A DNA stretch of 53,164 bases, taken from the NCBI GenBank assembly GCA_001820685.1, contig MHQP01000014.1:1-53164 (forward strand), in the 5' to 3' direction. This document shows positions 37,641 through 47,939 of the stretch, piece after piece. The translations under genes were made by a program, and so were the position numbers. The notes under the pieces are model-generated. The model was not told the origin of the DNA and did not search any database. It saw only the letters and a list, made by a program, of their open reading frames with translations. This DNA comes from Candidatus Sungbacteria bacterium RIFCSPLOWO2_01_FULL_47_32. GTDB lineage: Bacteria > Patescibacteriota > Minisyncoccia > Sungbacterales > GWA2-42-14. The number at the start of each line of letters is the position of its first letter. Positions within the stretch are counted from its first letter, which is position 1.

Positions 37641-37665
37641 AAAACACCGCCAGTGGCGGTGTTTT
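37641..37665. terminator. Bidirectional terminator between convergent genes
   Basis: AAAACACCGCC-agt-GGCGGTGTTTT. Confidence 0.7.
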
Positions 37666-37680
37666 CAAGTAACTAAAAGG

Positions 37681-38895
37681 TTACTTCATAAGACGATCAA
37701 GCTCCTTTTTTGCATTATCGTACTCGCGCATAAGAAAAGCGTTTTTTATCTCCAAGGCATCCACCATTTTTATAAAACTGTTCAAATATTGCTTTGCCTC
37801 ATTCGTGTTTCCTTTCGCAAGATATGCGGTACTTAATGCCCGCAGACACCATGCATGCGCGGAGGAAATACTTGTTGCATCTATTTTTTTTGCACTGGCG
37901 ATTGCCTTATCATAATCGCGAAATACTGTGTAGTCCTCTGCCATATAACAGTCGAATTCCGCCGGTGCGTTCGTCTTCTTTCTCGTTGTCTCTGCCTCTT
38001 TTTCGAAAACAGAACGTTCCCCTTTTGAAGCAAGGGTGTAGAGAAGAATGACATCAGCTGGTGCGTTTTCGGCAGAATAATGTGTAGCAATAGCGAGCCG
38101 AGAATACTTCTCTGCGTTGACGTAATCCTTGGAATAAAGGTTTAATTCGGCCCAAAGAAAATTTATGGAGTATAATTGGGCGGCTGTGAGTCCCTCAGTG
38201 GTATTTAACACAGGCCTTAACAACGTGCGCACTTCTTCGGGTTTATTCTGACGGTTAAAGTAATCAAGTGCTACAGCATAGCGAGCCCAGCTGGCATTCG
38301 GAGCATTAGCGGTGATTATCTGTTGAAATTTCTCGTTAGATTGATCGTAGCGTTTTAAGCTTTTATAAATAAAACCAAGATTTTCAATAACATTCCAATA
38401 TCCGGAATGCTGATCGGACAGGCCAAGCAAAAGAGCTTTCTCATAATTCTCTGCGGCTTTTTTATAACTCCCCCCCGAGTAGCCGTCATTTTTACCTTGC
38501 GAATCTGGATATTCAACTGCTCCTAAATATGCATATGTTTGTGGATTCTTTGCATCAAGTTTCAGTGATTGTTCAAAGTTTTCTTTTGCTTCTTTAAAGT
38601 TGCCTACATTAAAAAATCTCTTCCCTTGCTGGAAATAATAAGTGGCAGACTTGTCAGGCTGAGGCTCCGAAGGGTTCGAATTTCGCATAACCACCCACAA
38701 TAAACTAAAAACCGCAACGCATGCTATGGCGGCGATAAACAGCCATACGCCCCTTCCTCCCAAGGAGTGCTTTGGAACAAATGAGGGAGTTATTGATGGC
38801 ATGCCCCCATTGCCCCCGCCATAATTTTCTGTACTTGCCATAAAAATTTTTATAAATGCTTTTTTGTTTTGAGAACGCAAGCTCTCAAAAAGCAT
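37681..38895 (-). CDS. Membrane-anchored TPR protein
   Basis: TM segment followed by multiple TPRs (YFQQGKRFF..AKENFEQSLKLD); start may be MASTEN. Confidence 0.85.
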   Translation of the reverse strand: MLFESLRSQNKKAFIKIFMASTENYGGGNGGMPSITPSFVPKHSLGGRGVWLFIAAIACVAVFSLLWVVMRNSNPSEPQPDKSATYYFQQGKRFFNVGNFKEAKENFEQSLKLDAKNPQTYAYLGAVEYPDSQGKNDGYSGGSYKKAAENYEKALLLGLSDQHSGYWNVIENLGFIYKSLKRYDQSNEKFQQIITANAPNASWARYAVALDYFNRQNKPEEVRTLLRPVLNTTEGLTAAQLYSINFLWAELNLYSKDYVNAEKYSRLAIATHYSAENAPADVILLYTLASKGERSVFEKEAETTRKKTNAPAEFDCYMAEDYTVFRDYDKAIASAKKIDATSISSAHAWCLRALSTAYLAKGNTNEAKQYLNSFIKMVDALEIKNAFLMREYDNAKKELDRLMK

Positions 38896-39048
38896 CCATA
38901 TTTAAAAAATGTCAAATATATCTTATATAAAAGTATAACCTTTAACCTTATTACTGTAAAGAAGATATTATTCACACCTATCAGATCTGTAAAGACATGC
39001 CAAAACCATAGATAAATCGCGCATCATGCTTCTTTTTACCAGCTTATA

Positions 39049-40461
39049 TCACAAGACTTTGGTACTATGAAGACTTTCCCTTAGCGACGCTTCGCCTGAA
39101 TGAATAAGTATCGGTGTCTTGCCGCTTATCTGTGGCAATATAGTATCAACTACTTCCAGAGTAACAGACATATTTCCCCGAACAACCGACTCGAGATACT
39201 CTTGTATTTGTTTTTTATATGATGAGGAGCGTGATGACGCGGCACTGCAAGACACATAGCGCACCAATAAATTGTTGTGTTCCCGCATTTCCAACTGAAA
39301 CTGATCAACATAAGAAGAAAACTTTTCCCCAAAATAATGGAGGATGTTATGGATTGGAAAAGCAGTACCGTCTTTAAACTCCAGTAAATCAGCAGTCCGC
39401 CCTTCAAATTGAATAACTCCTCCCCTGCCGCACGAACACGCATATTTCAAAAATTTTCCTCTGTCTCCGATTTGATAACGGATAAAGGGCATGCATTCGT
39501 TTTCTAAAGAGGTTACAGCAAGATTCCCAATTTCACCCTCTGGTACCAATCGCCCTTTTGCGTCTATCACTTCCACGTATGTCATCCACGGGGCGACGTG
39601 ATATGCGTAGTCCTTGCACTGAAGCGCTATTAACGAACACTCCTGCGAGCCATAAATTCCATAGATCGGACACCCGAAAAAGTTTTCAAGAAGTTCCCTT
39701 TGGTACGAGGGCAAACCTTCGCCATAAAAACGAATGCTCTCGATTTCTAAACGAACATCATCGTTGGCCAGATGGTAAGCAAGTCGTCGCAGATACGATG
39801 GTGTTGAAATTATGCTTCGGGGACAAATCCGTTGAATGCCGGGATAAAATTCTTTTTTACGCCACGCGTTGTCTTCCAGATTGTGACCAACAACATGGAA
39901 ACCAAGGCCATGCAAATGCTTAAGGGAATGAAGACCAATAACAAGGGATGGCCCTTTAAATTCAGAGGCATATGAAAGCTCGTAGAAACGGGAATAGCGG
40001 CGAACAAAAAGCGTACGAGCATCCTGAAAAAAAGAAAAGGGCTCTGCGGTAGAACCTGATGTTGCCGCTTTAACAAACCGCCACGAAGGCAGAGTGTCAT
40101 CAACGAGATCACGAATATCAGCCTTTTTAAAAGCCCTGCGCGTAGTCGACGGAATCATACTGCTATCCTGAAGGACTAAGAGATCATTATGACTTGCGCT
40201 CAATTGATTACTCCAATATGGAACATGCATTCGTGCCTGACGTATTAAGCGCGTAAGCCTTTTTAATTGGAGTTTTTCCCATTGTCGTTGAGAAAAAAAG
40301 CCGTCTGCTTCGGAAAGAGCCCAGCGATAAAGCGTTTCCTCTACATTGATTGCAAGATCAGTGCCCAGTTGCCACGCGCGTGTCCGGCTTTGCAAAAACG
40401 AAGGCCTCATGAGAATGGCCACAGCAATTCTACTTTTTAAATCAGAAATCCACGAAACCAT
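39049..40461 (-). CDS. Phenylacetate-CoA ligase/CapK-like enzyme (3)
   Basis: TSGSTAEP, YGSQE, MPFIRYQIGD, SGK. Confidence 0.9.
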   Translation of the reverse strand: MVSWISDLKSRIAVAILMRPSFLQSRTRAWQLGTDLAINVEETLYRWALSEADGFFSQRQWEKLQLKRLTRLIRQARMHVPYWSNQLSASHNDLLVLQDSSMIPSTTRRAFKKADIRDLVDDTLPSWRFVKAATSGSTAEPFSFFQDARTLFVRRYSRFYELSYASEFKGPSLVIGLHSLKHLHGLGFHVVGHNLEDNAWRKKEFYPGIQRICPRSIISTPSYLRRLAYHLANDDVRLEIESIRFYGEGLPSYQRELLENFFGCPIYGIYGSQECSLIALQCKDYAYHVAPWMTYVEVIDAKGRLVPEGEIGNLAVTSLENECMPFIRYQIGDRGKFLKYACSCGRGGVIQFEGRTADLLEFKDGTAFPIHNILHYFGEKFSSYVDQFQLEMREHNNLLVRYVSCSAASSRSSSYKKQIQEYLESVVRGNMSVTLEVVDTILPQISGKTPILIHSGEASLRESLHSTKVL

Positions 40462-40581
40462 AAAAATATGCGCCCTCCTCCTGCTTATCGTGATAGGATT
40501 TGTTGCGTCATTTTTTTATCCTAATAACGAGTTGAATTCGATTAATACTCTACTTAACACGGCACACTACTAAAGAAATTC

Positions 40582-41892
40582 CTAAAAAACAATATCAGAA
40601 GGCGCTGACATCTTATTGAGAATCGGTTGTATTTTACCTCCTTCCATGTGCTTCATTTCAGAGGCATATTTCACGGTAATAAAAACCGCCGCACCAAAAA
40701 GACTCTGTAGTCTTTCAGAAAGTAGTGCCTCATCAGTCGCAGAGAATTTTGCAGACGGAACAATGAGTACTTCAACCGCCGAAGGGGTTTTTTGAACAAT
40801 CTGATACTGAAAAATTCGTTCAGTAAAATCATTAAAAACTTCCGCAATTTCAAAATGATGAATCTTTCTTTTTGGTAACTCCAAAAATGCCCCTTCACGC
40901 CCACCAAGCCGCAGACGGCGCCCGGGCAATCCGCATGGACAGCGACTATTAATAATCGTACCAACATCGCCAGTGTCGTAGCGGATGAAGGGCATAACGA
41001 AATTAAAGAGATCAGTAATAATGATTCGCCCCCTCTGCCCTGAAGGAACGCTAACTCCTTTCTCATCCACTATCTCAACAATAAACGATTCGTTGTATAT
41101 GTGGAAACCATCGTGATGGCTGCATTCGGCGGCAATGGCCCCGAGTTCTTCAAGCCCGTACCGGTCAAAAATAGCGCAATGGAACTGATTTTGGATACTT
41201 TGGCGCTCGGCGCTATTAAGTGTCTCTCCGTATGATACAGCAAGCGGAAACCGTAATGACGAAAGGCGCTCGTCGTTTTTTGCGGCCTGGCTTAATTCAA
41301 ACAGGATTGATGGATAACTTTCTACAACTTCAGGGCAAAATTTGAGAAGGCTCACCGCCACAGCCTTAGGATCTTTCATAAATTCTGCAACCGAGATAAA
41401 TAACCGCGCCGAGTGAGAGAAGGGTGACATTCTGATACGCGCTATCCTCATCGTATTTTGAACTTTTGATAAAGGTACTCCTGTCCGGACAAAAAAACGA
41501 TACCCAGCAAAATCATAAAATTCGGATGCTAGAAACTGCCTTCCAATGAAGCGAAGCGGCTCTCCGCTCGATCCGGATGTTTTCTGCAATGAAAATTTGC
41601 TGCTTTTATAAATGCTCGATAAAAACCTGTCCTCTCCCGCTTCTAAAAATAACCGTTTTTGAATGATAGGCAAAGTCGAGATATCTTTCAAAGAAACTAA
41701 CTCAGGCGACAGCCCTCGTGAAAACCAAAGCGCTTCATAAAAAGGGACAGTTCGATACGCATGACGAATTATTTTTTTTAGATAATAATTTTGCCAATGA
41801 TAAGCAATGCCGTCTGGTAACGTTTGAACATTTTTCCATACAAAAAAAAATGCTTTCTTGTACAGCGTATGTACCTGATTCCTCATATACAT
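40582..41892 (-). CDS. Phenylacetate-CoA ligase/CapK-like enzyme (4)
   Basis: TSGSSGEP, YGLEE, MPFIRYDTGD, GGK. Confidence 0.9.
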   Translation of the reverse strand: MYMRNQVHTLYKKAFFFVWKNVQTLPDGIAYHWQNYYLKKIIRHAYRTVPFYEALWFSRGLSPELVSLKDISTLPIIQKRLFLEAGEDRFLSSIYKSSKFSLQKTSGSSGEPLRFIGRQFLASEFYDFAGYRFFVRTGVPLSKVQNTMRIARIRMSPFSHSARLFISVAEFMKDPKAVAVSLLKFCPEVVESYPSILFELSQAAKNDERLSSLRFPLAVSYGETLNSAERQSIQNQFHCAIFDRYGLEELGAIAAECSHHDGFHIYNESFIVEIVDEKGVSVPSGQRGRIIITDLFNFVMPFIRYDTGDVGTIINSRCPCGLPGRRLRLGGREGAFLELPKRKIHHFEIAEVFNDFTERIFQYQIVQKTPSAVEVLIVPSAKFSATDEALLSERLQSLFGAAVFITVKYASEMKHMEGGKIQPILNKMSAPSDIVF

Positions 41893-42119
41893 ATAGCAGG
41901 AGTGCCTCCTTTAATTATGTATTATAATTTATCCCACATTTTACCGTATTACACAACAATCACTTACCTTGGGGTGACCACTGATAAAATTCCGCGATGA
42001 ATTACTTTCTTTATAGCACCAGAAGTGTATTTTATGCAAAGCTTTTTAGAAGGTGTTTTGTTTTTTCAGTTTTATCGCGAACAATTGCCAAGCAAACTTT
42101 ATTCTGCTAGAGTAAAACC

Positions 42120-43391
42120 ATGCACCAACCAACACTTCGAGAGATGATATTTTATGCGTGGAAAAACTCTGATTTTTATCGTCAGTTTTGGCAAACACAC
42201 AACTTCAACCCAGAAAAGGATTTCCACGATATCAGCGATTTAAAAAAAATTCCTGTACTGACTAAGACCGACCTGCTTGCAGCAACGATGTCGGAGAGAT
42301 CGATACTGAATTCTAATGATGGCTATTATTTTACAGACATCTCAAGCGGAACCGGAGGTAAGCCTTTGGTTATTTTAAAACAGTATCACTCCATGCCGCT
42401 CTACTTTGACTATATTTTGGATCTGGTAAAAATTTCCCGAATATCTTTTCTTGCGCTCCGCCCGACAAGTTCTGCCACCGCATTCCTTGGGGCAGGCATC
42501 GCGGGACAATTTCTTCCGCGTGGATCAATTATCTCCCTGGGAGATGTAAATGATTTCATCTATTCGGCAACAATCGCGCTAAATATTGAAGCCAACTTTC
42601 TTGTCCTCCGCCCCGCAACCGCAATATCATTCGCGGCATCGCTTGAAAAGCAAGGTTATTCCCCCTCCAAAATCAAATTTTTATACCTTTCAGGTGAGCC
42701 GATTACTCTAGCAGCAATTTCATTCTTAAGAAAGGTCTATTCCAATGCCACGATTATCTATACATATGCGATGACCGAAGGACCAGCGTCAATGGGGATA
42801 AGGTCTTCTTTGTGCACGACACTCGAAGACTTGAGTCCAAATGCATATCATCTTAATATTCGCGACTTTTTTTTCGAGACCTCCGATAAGGCCTTGCTTG
42901 TAACCTCACTTCACGAACTGCCCACACCTCTTATTCGTTTCAAAAATGGAGATCAGACTATAATCAAAGATAACTTTCAGTGTTCGTGCGGATTCCCGGC
43001 AGGCAAAATTGCCATTATCGGGCCTCGGTCAGGCGAAGATTCGTATAAAATCGGTAATTTCTTTTTTCAAGCCAGTGAGATACATAAGGCACTAGCAAAA
43101 CTTAACGAATTTTTTACTGAGAACTTTGAACTTCAGGTAGAACAAATTGCGGAAAAGGACCAACTTGTGCTCACTCTCGACTTTACCCTTCAGACAATCA
43201 ACAACCCAACTCCATTTTTGACTGACGCTATTCGAGAAGTTCTTGAACGCGAGGTCCGAATATCCCGATCCCAGACGCTCGGCGACGCAATCGGAAAAGG
43301 TTATGTTATGCCAATAAACATACGCTTTAGCTCCTCTCTTTCGACCAGTCGTATTCTTCCACCACAAGAATTCATGAAGCATTTTCTGTAG
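42120..43391 (+). CDS. Divergent phenylacetate-CoA ligase-like enzyme (5)
   Basis: SSGTGGKP, YAMTE, PLIRFKNGD. Confidence 0.8.
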   Translation: MHQPTLREMIFYAWKNSDFYRQFWQTHNFNPEKDFHDISDLKKIPVLTKTDLLAATMSERSILNSNDGYYFTDISSGTGGKPLVILKQYHSMPLYFDYILDLVKISRISFLALRPTSSATAFLGAGIAGQFLPRGSIISLGDVNDFIYSATIALNIEANFLVLRPATAISFAASLEKQGYSPSKIKFLYLSGEPITLAAISFLRKVYSNATIIYTYAMTEGPASMGIRSSLCTTLEDLSPNAYHLNIRDFFFETSDKALLVTSLHELPTPLIRFKNGDQTIIKDNFQCSCGFPAGKIAIIGPRSGEDSYKIGNFFFQASEIHKALAKLNEFFTENFELQVEQIAEKDQLVLTLDFTLQTINNPTPFLTDAIREVLEREVRISRSQTLGDAIGKGYVMPINIRFSSSLSTSRILPPQEFMKHFL

Positions 43392-43494
43392 CGAATTAGT
43401 TAACGAAGAAAAACATTTATGGCAAAATAGTTTACAGATTTTTTAATCTGAATTGAAAGGTACTAAGTGAGCATCCTTGACAACTAAGCCCGGT

Positions 43495-43662
43495 GAAAAG
43501 AATGATGGACACGGCAAAAATTATCGGAATAACTCCCGCTTGATTCACCCGAGGCGGAAGGTGGGTAGAAACGCCCCCGTACACGCGATTTCCCCGAACG
43601 CTCTTTGTGTATGATACGGGAATGGTCTGCTGGGCTTCTGTAATATAGACGACTCCCACAAA
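43495..43662 (-). pseudogene. secY: Internal fragment of secY
   Basis: FVGVVYITEAQQTIPVSY..GGVSTHLPPRVNQAGVIPIIFAVSIILF matches the SecY signature PLxVNxAGVIPIIFA; only ~56 codons are present. Confidence 0.8.
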
Positions 43663-43722
43663 CAAAAACCAGCCGCAGAGCGACTGGCCGTTTTTTATTT
43701 TTTTGTGCTTCGTTAATAAATT

Positions 43723-44487
43723 TCAGTGTTCAATACACTTCCTGATAGCCTGATAAAGAAATCCTTCAGCATCCGGAATATTGTTTTCAGTGGTAACATG
43801 GAAACGATTAAGTGAGGTCGGAACATACCGATCTGAAATTTCGACCATCCCCCAGCGCAAAAACTGGTTGAGAGGCCCAATAAGCGCTTCGTGCGTTTTG
43901 CCTAGCGCTTGCTGAAGTACATCCTGCGGAATATCCCGAAACGTAAGGGGTTCTTTTGGCCAACGGTCAAAAATTTCTTGCTCCATTGTTCCAAAAGGAA
44001 ATTCGAGAAGCTCGTGGTATGAGATTCCCGTCACCCTTTCACCAACCCGATTCCAAAACAAAGGATTTCCGTCAGCATCCTTCTTGCCAACCATCCGCCC
44101 CCAAAGAGAAGTGGGGCTATTTTTCGTTATGTCTGTAAACCAAAAATAATTCACCGCCGCAGCAAGCAGTTTGAAAACTCCCGCACTCCGACAGTCAGGA
44201 CGGATGAGCCACCCACCGCTATACGCGTAGTCTCTATCGTTTTTGATGATGAGACTATCGTTCTCAATCACGAAATAAACAAAATCTTTCAGCTTTGCCA
44301 TCCACGCTACCGCGATAAGATCCTCACCTGCCCCCGCGCGAATTCCGGTCAAAAAGAAACTTCTTCCTAGATTGTCCCGCACCAACCGCTCATCGCGGGG
44401 GTAAAGAACTTCATCGTGTGAATTTTCTCTGTAGAACTCTAAAACCTCTGGAACATCTTCGGTGTTCAGAAGCAAGGCATCAATCAT
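43723..44487 (-). CDS. Arginine N-succinyltransferase (AstA)-like GNAT acyltransferase
   Basis: GWLIRPDCRSAG GNAT motif A; DADGNPLFW..WPKEP..LGKTH resembles AstA G.SPFW..MPK.P..IG.VH (by-eye comparison). Confidence 0.6.
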   Translation of the reverse strand: MIDALLLNTEDVPEVLEFYRENSHDEVLYPRDERLVRDNLGRSFFLTGIRAGAGEDLIAVAWMAKLKDFVYFVIENDSLIIKNDRDYAYSGGWLIRPDCRSAGVFKLLAAAVNYFWFTDITKNSPTSLWGRMVGKKDADGNPLFWNRVGERVTGISYHELLEFPFGTMEQEIFDRWPKEPLTFRDIPQDVLQQALGKTHEALIGPLNQFLRWGMVEISDRYVPTSLNRFHVTTENNIPDAEGFLYQAIRKCIEH

Positions 44488-44584
44488 AGGATCCTCCCTT
44501 TGGGTGGTGGTTATAGTGTTGGTCGTTATTGACTCTGTACCAGATTCTTAAAATATCAGGAGTCGTCCTCATAAAAAAGAAGAA

Positions 44585-45514
44585 TCACTCCAACCTGGTT
44601 ACGAGAGCCTCCCAAATAATGCCAGCACCAAATGCGACAAAACCGATCCATTGGCCACGCTGAAGCCTCTTGGAATTATTTGCCGAAGCAAGCGCCATTA
44701 AAATTGAAGCGGAGGAGGTATTCCCAAAATGATCGATTGTAATTACCACCCGGTCGGATGAGATATTCATCTCCTGCATGCACGCTTCTATAATCCTGCG
44801 ATTGGCCTGGTGTGGAATAATAATATCCAGATCTTGCGGACGAAGACCGCACTGTTGTGCTGCTCCTGTCAGGGCCTCCCTCATCATCGGAACCGCAGAT
44901 TCCAAAAGCTTCGGACCATTCATGCGACAGTGCTCGTTCATTGGAACTTGAATCCAGTCATGACCATCCGGATTCATGCCACCAACCCACCCAACGGGAG
45001 ATTTTCCAGGATCAATGATAGCGGCACCCGCACCATCACCAAAAATTACAGACGGCCAATCGCCAGCTAACCGCGACACAAACGGAGTCACTCGCTCAGT
45101 AGCTACAATGGCTGTTGGGCTTGATAAAGAAAGAGCAAGTCTCAGGATTGTCGCACTTCCCGCACATGCGGCGTTCACGTCAAAACCGGGGCCACGATAC
45201 CCAAGCCGCCGTGCAACACGCGCCACCGTCGGCGGCACCCACTGCTCGCCTGAATTTGTCGAACAAATAAGATGTTGAATTGCCTCAATAGAGATATCAG
45301 CTGACTGACATGCCTGCAAAACAGCTTCAGCTCCAAGCTCGCTCACTGATTCATCGATAGCAATTCGCCTGGAACAGATTCCTGTTTTGCGCTCAACAAC
45401 GTCCGGTGGCAATATTAAAGCAAGTTCTTCGTTTGTTACCTCAAGCCTTGGAAGCGCCAGTCCGGTAGCCAAAAGTTTCGTAGTCTGTTCCTTTCGCCAT
45501 TTTAAACAACTCAC
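44585..45514 (-). CDS. fabH: 3-oxoacyl-ACP synthase III (FabH-like)
   Basis: AACAG (Cys), FGDGAGA, PHQAN (His), GNTSSAS (Asn), FGAG. Confidence 0.88.
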   Translation of the reverse strand: MSCLKWRKEQTTKLLATGLALPRLEVTNEELALILPPDVVERKTGICSRRIAIDESVSELGAEAVLQACQSADISIEAIQHLICSTNSGEQWVPPTVARVARRLGYRGPGFDVNAACAGSATILRLALSLSSPTAIVATERVTPFVSRLAGDWPSVIFGDGAGAAIIDPGKSPVGWVGGMNPDGHDWIQVPMNEHCRMNGPKLLESAVPMMREALTGAAQQCGLRPQDLDIIIPHQANRRIIEACMQEMNISSDRVVITIDHFGNTSSASILMALASANNSKRLQRGQWIGFVAFGAGIIWEALVTRLE

Positions 45515-45556
45515 ACTATACTAGCAATTTAAAATTTTAAAGTCAAATAAAAGATA

Positions 45557-46726
45557 TCAAACAGTGTTATTCATAAAATTTTTTATAGTTTTACATACAA
45601 CATCAACATCATTCAGTGACATTGCGTCATTAAGGGGCAGGGTCAGAATCTCCGAAGACACTCTCTTGGCAATAGGAAAGTCCCTGCTCACCCAATCGGC
45701 GTTGTATGCTGATAAATCGGGGAGCAGTACCGGATAATGAATCTTCGGCAAAAGTTGCGGCTTGTGCTTGAAAGTTTTTTGTAAGTGGTCAAAAAGCTGA
45801 TTTCGTTTTTTAGTGCGAATTACATAGCGATACCAAATCCGTTTTGTATCAGCTTCTTTATTTGGCGGCAAGACAATATCTCCCACTCCCGAAAGTTTTT
45901 CATTAAAATGTTCGGCCAGTATGCGCCTGTATTCCAGCCAAAAACTTAGAAAAGGCAACTTTGCAATAAGAGCGGCCGCATGAACTTCGTCCATTTTTGC
46001 GCTAACGCCGACAGTCGGGTGGTCGTAATAAAAAACTTTTGCACCGTAAAATCGCATTCTATCAATAGAATCTTTTAACTGGTTTTCACGAACAACTATC
46101 GCCCCGCCGTTACCGGGAGCACAGAACTGTTTGGTTGGAGAAAAACTGAAGCATGAGATATCGCCAAAAGTACCCGCGTCTTGCCACTGTCCGCTCCTAT
46201 ATATTTTTGCACAAAAAACTTGAGCGGCATCTTCGATAAGTGAAAGCCCGTGCCTCCGCGCGATGTCCAATATTTTTAAAATGGTAACGGCTGGCTGGCC
46301 GTATAAATGCGCAAAAATAATAGCTTTAGTTTTTGAAGTAATTTTTTCCTCTATCTTTTCGGGATGTATCGCAAAAGTATCATCTTCTATGTCAACAAAA
46401 ACCGGTCTCGAGTTGACCCAGCTAACACTAAATGCAAGCGAAACACACCCAAAAGCAGGAATAATAACCTCATCTCCAGGACCTACATTCAGCGCCTTCA
46501 TCGCGATAATAAGCGCATCCGTGCCGCTTCCCGTGCCAAATACAGGCAATCCTCCCAGCCTTCGTGACAATGAATTTTCAAATTCACTGACCTGAGAATG
46601 ATTTACGAAGCTGTATTGAGCCAGTTCATCTATAATACGCCCGACTGCGCGCTTAACAGCAAACTCTTGTCTTACCGCTATTAAATTTCTCTTTACAAGC
46701 GGGAGATTTAAAATATTCCTAATCAT
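45557..46726 (-). CDS. DegT/DnrJ/EryC1/StrS aminotransferase (2)
   Basis: SGTDAL, EDAAQ, SFSPTK. Confidence 0.92.
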   Translation of the reverse strand: MIRNILNLPLVKRNLIAVRQEFAVKRAVGRIIDELAQYSFVNHSQVSEFENSLSRRLGGLPVFGTGSGTDALIIAMKALNVGPGDEVIIPAFGCVSLAFSVSWVNSRPVFVDIEDDTFAIHPEKIEEKITSKTKAIIFAHLYGQPAVTILKILDIARRHGLSLIEDAAQVFCAKIYRSGQWQDAGTFGDISCFSFSPTKQFCAPGNGGAIVVRENQLKDSIDRMRFYGAKVFYYDHPTVGVSAKMDEVHAAALIAKLPFLSFWLEYRRILAEHFNEKLSGVGDIVLPPNKEADTKRIWYRYVIRTKKRNQLFDHLQKTFKHKPQLLPKIHYPVLLPDLSAYNADWVSRDFPIAKRVSSEILTLPLNDAMSLNDVDVVCKTIKNFMNNTV

Positions 46727-46939
46727 ATTTATATTGTTATTGCCAATAGTCTTCGTAACTGCAATATGTTATTTATAGCATTTTATTTTATAAATGAAAG
46801 AGCTCTTTAACTATCAGATTCATCTATCTACGAATCCGCAACACCATGAAATGCAAAAAACATACACCCAAGCAAAAGGAATAAAAAAACAGCCCCTCGT
46901 AGAACTTTGAGAGACTGCACACCCGATTCGAGTGTAAAA

Positions 46940-47320
46940 TTACTTAAGCTTGTCCACTTTAACATTCGCGTTATAAAGACCATCCCAGCTGGTGCCCTCT
47001 ATATGGCTGGAAGAAATCACATTAAGGGAAAGCCTTAGATAGTCATTGTTAAGGGACAAAACACCATCCGAAGTCAGCGTTCCGGAGATCGGCAACTCCC
47101 TATTGGCATATCGCGCTGTTGAATACACAAAGACACTGCCTTTGACCTTGCCGTCATTGATAGACTTAATCGTCAGGTAGAACTTGCCACTTAATCCGCT
47201 ATACTGCCAATCGCCCGTCCACTCGCCCACAAGAGACTGTGAATCGAAAGCGATTGCAGGAGACAAGGCAAGAACAAACACCAGCAAACAAAGAACGAAA
47301 AGAACAGTAAAAATGCGCAT
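46940..47320 (-). CDS. Small secreted beta-rich hypothetical protein
   Basis: Signal peptide; LVGEWTGDW; GGAGG RBS. Confidence 0.75.
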   Translation of the reverse strand: MRIFTVLFVLCLLVFVLALSPAIAFDSQSLVGEWTGDWQYSGLSGKFYLTIKSINDGKVKGSVFVYSTARYANRELPISGTLTSDGVLSLNNDYLRLSLNVISSSHIEGTSWDGLYNANVKVDKLK

Positions 47321-47366
47321 TTTTATACCTCCAGTGTTGCGAAGTTTGTCTTTTACTGCTGTTTAT

Positions 47367-47395
47367 AGTATAGAATAAATAATAAGTTTTGTCAA
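47367..47395 (-). promoter_or_regulatory. sigma70 promoter (leftward)
   Basis: TTGACA-N17-TATACT. Confidence 0.7.
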
Positions 47396-47403
47396 CTATA
47401 AAA

Positions 47404-47432
47404 TTGACAGCTATATTTATTTATGCTATAAT
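47404..47432 (+). promoter_or_regulatory. Consensus sigma70 promoter (rightward)
   Basis: TTGACA-N17-TATAAT with an extended -10 TG. Confidence 0.75.
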
Positions 47433-47503
47433 TGATATGTCGACAAAGTTGTGTAGTTGTTTAAAAACACCCTAACCCGCCCCACAAACAAGAGGACTCC
47501 GCA

Positions 47504-47932
47504 ATGAAAAGAATCGTGCCGTTCCTTCTTTCTCTTTTGCTTGCCGTTGCGTTTCTAATACTGGAAGCTGGACAGGTTTTCAGCACCAACCTTCTTGATG
47601 GACCGTGGGGAGGCAAGTGGACCTCCACCTGCAGAACACCCGGGGACAACGCGTCTGTGAAGCTGCTGATCCAGGTTGACCCCAGTACCCGGGTAGCTAC
47701 AGTCATCATGTTTCAGGACGTAGCGCCGCCAGCACCGTCTTTCTCTTCGATGGCAGTGGGTAAGGTTGAGGGGGACAAGATCATCATCGATTCCGTTTCA
47801 AGCGGCATTCCTAACGGGGGTTCCGAGATGTCCTTCTGGCTCGAAGGCCCTATGCTACTAAAAGGTGCCTACAAGAACGCGGACGACTGCGGAACGTTCG
47901 AGCTCCGACGGGACTCAAATAAAAGAGCCTGA
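47504..47932 (+). CDS. Small secreted hypothetical protein
   Basis: GAGGA RBS; signal peptide; LDGPWGGKW; a Cys pair. Confidence 0.7.
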   Translation: MKRIVPFLLSLLLAVAFLILEAGQVFSTNLLDGPWGGKWTSTCRTPGDNASVKLLIQVDPSTRVATVIMFQDVAPPAPSFSSMAVGKVEGDKIIIDSVSSGIPNGGSEMSFWLEGPMLLKGAYKNADDCGTFELRRDSNKRA

Positions 47933-47939
47933 CAAGCAA

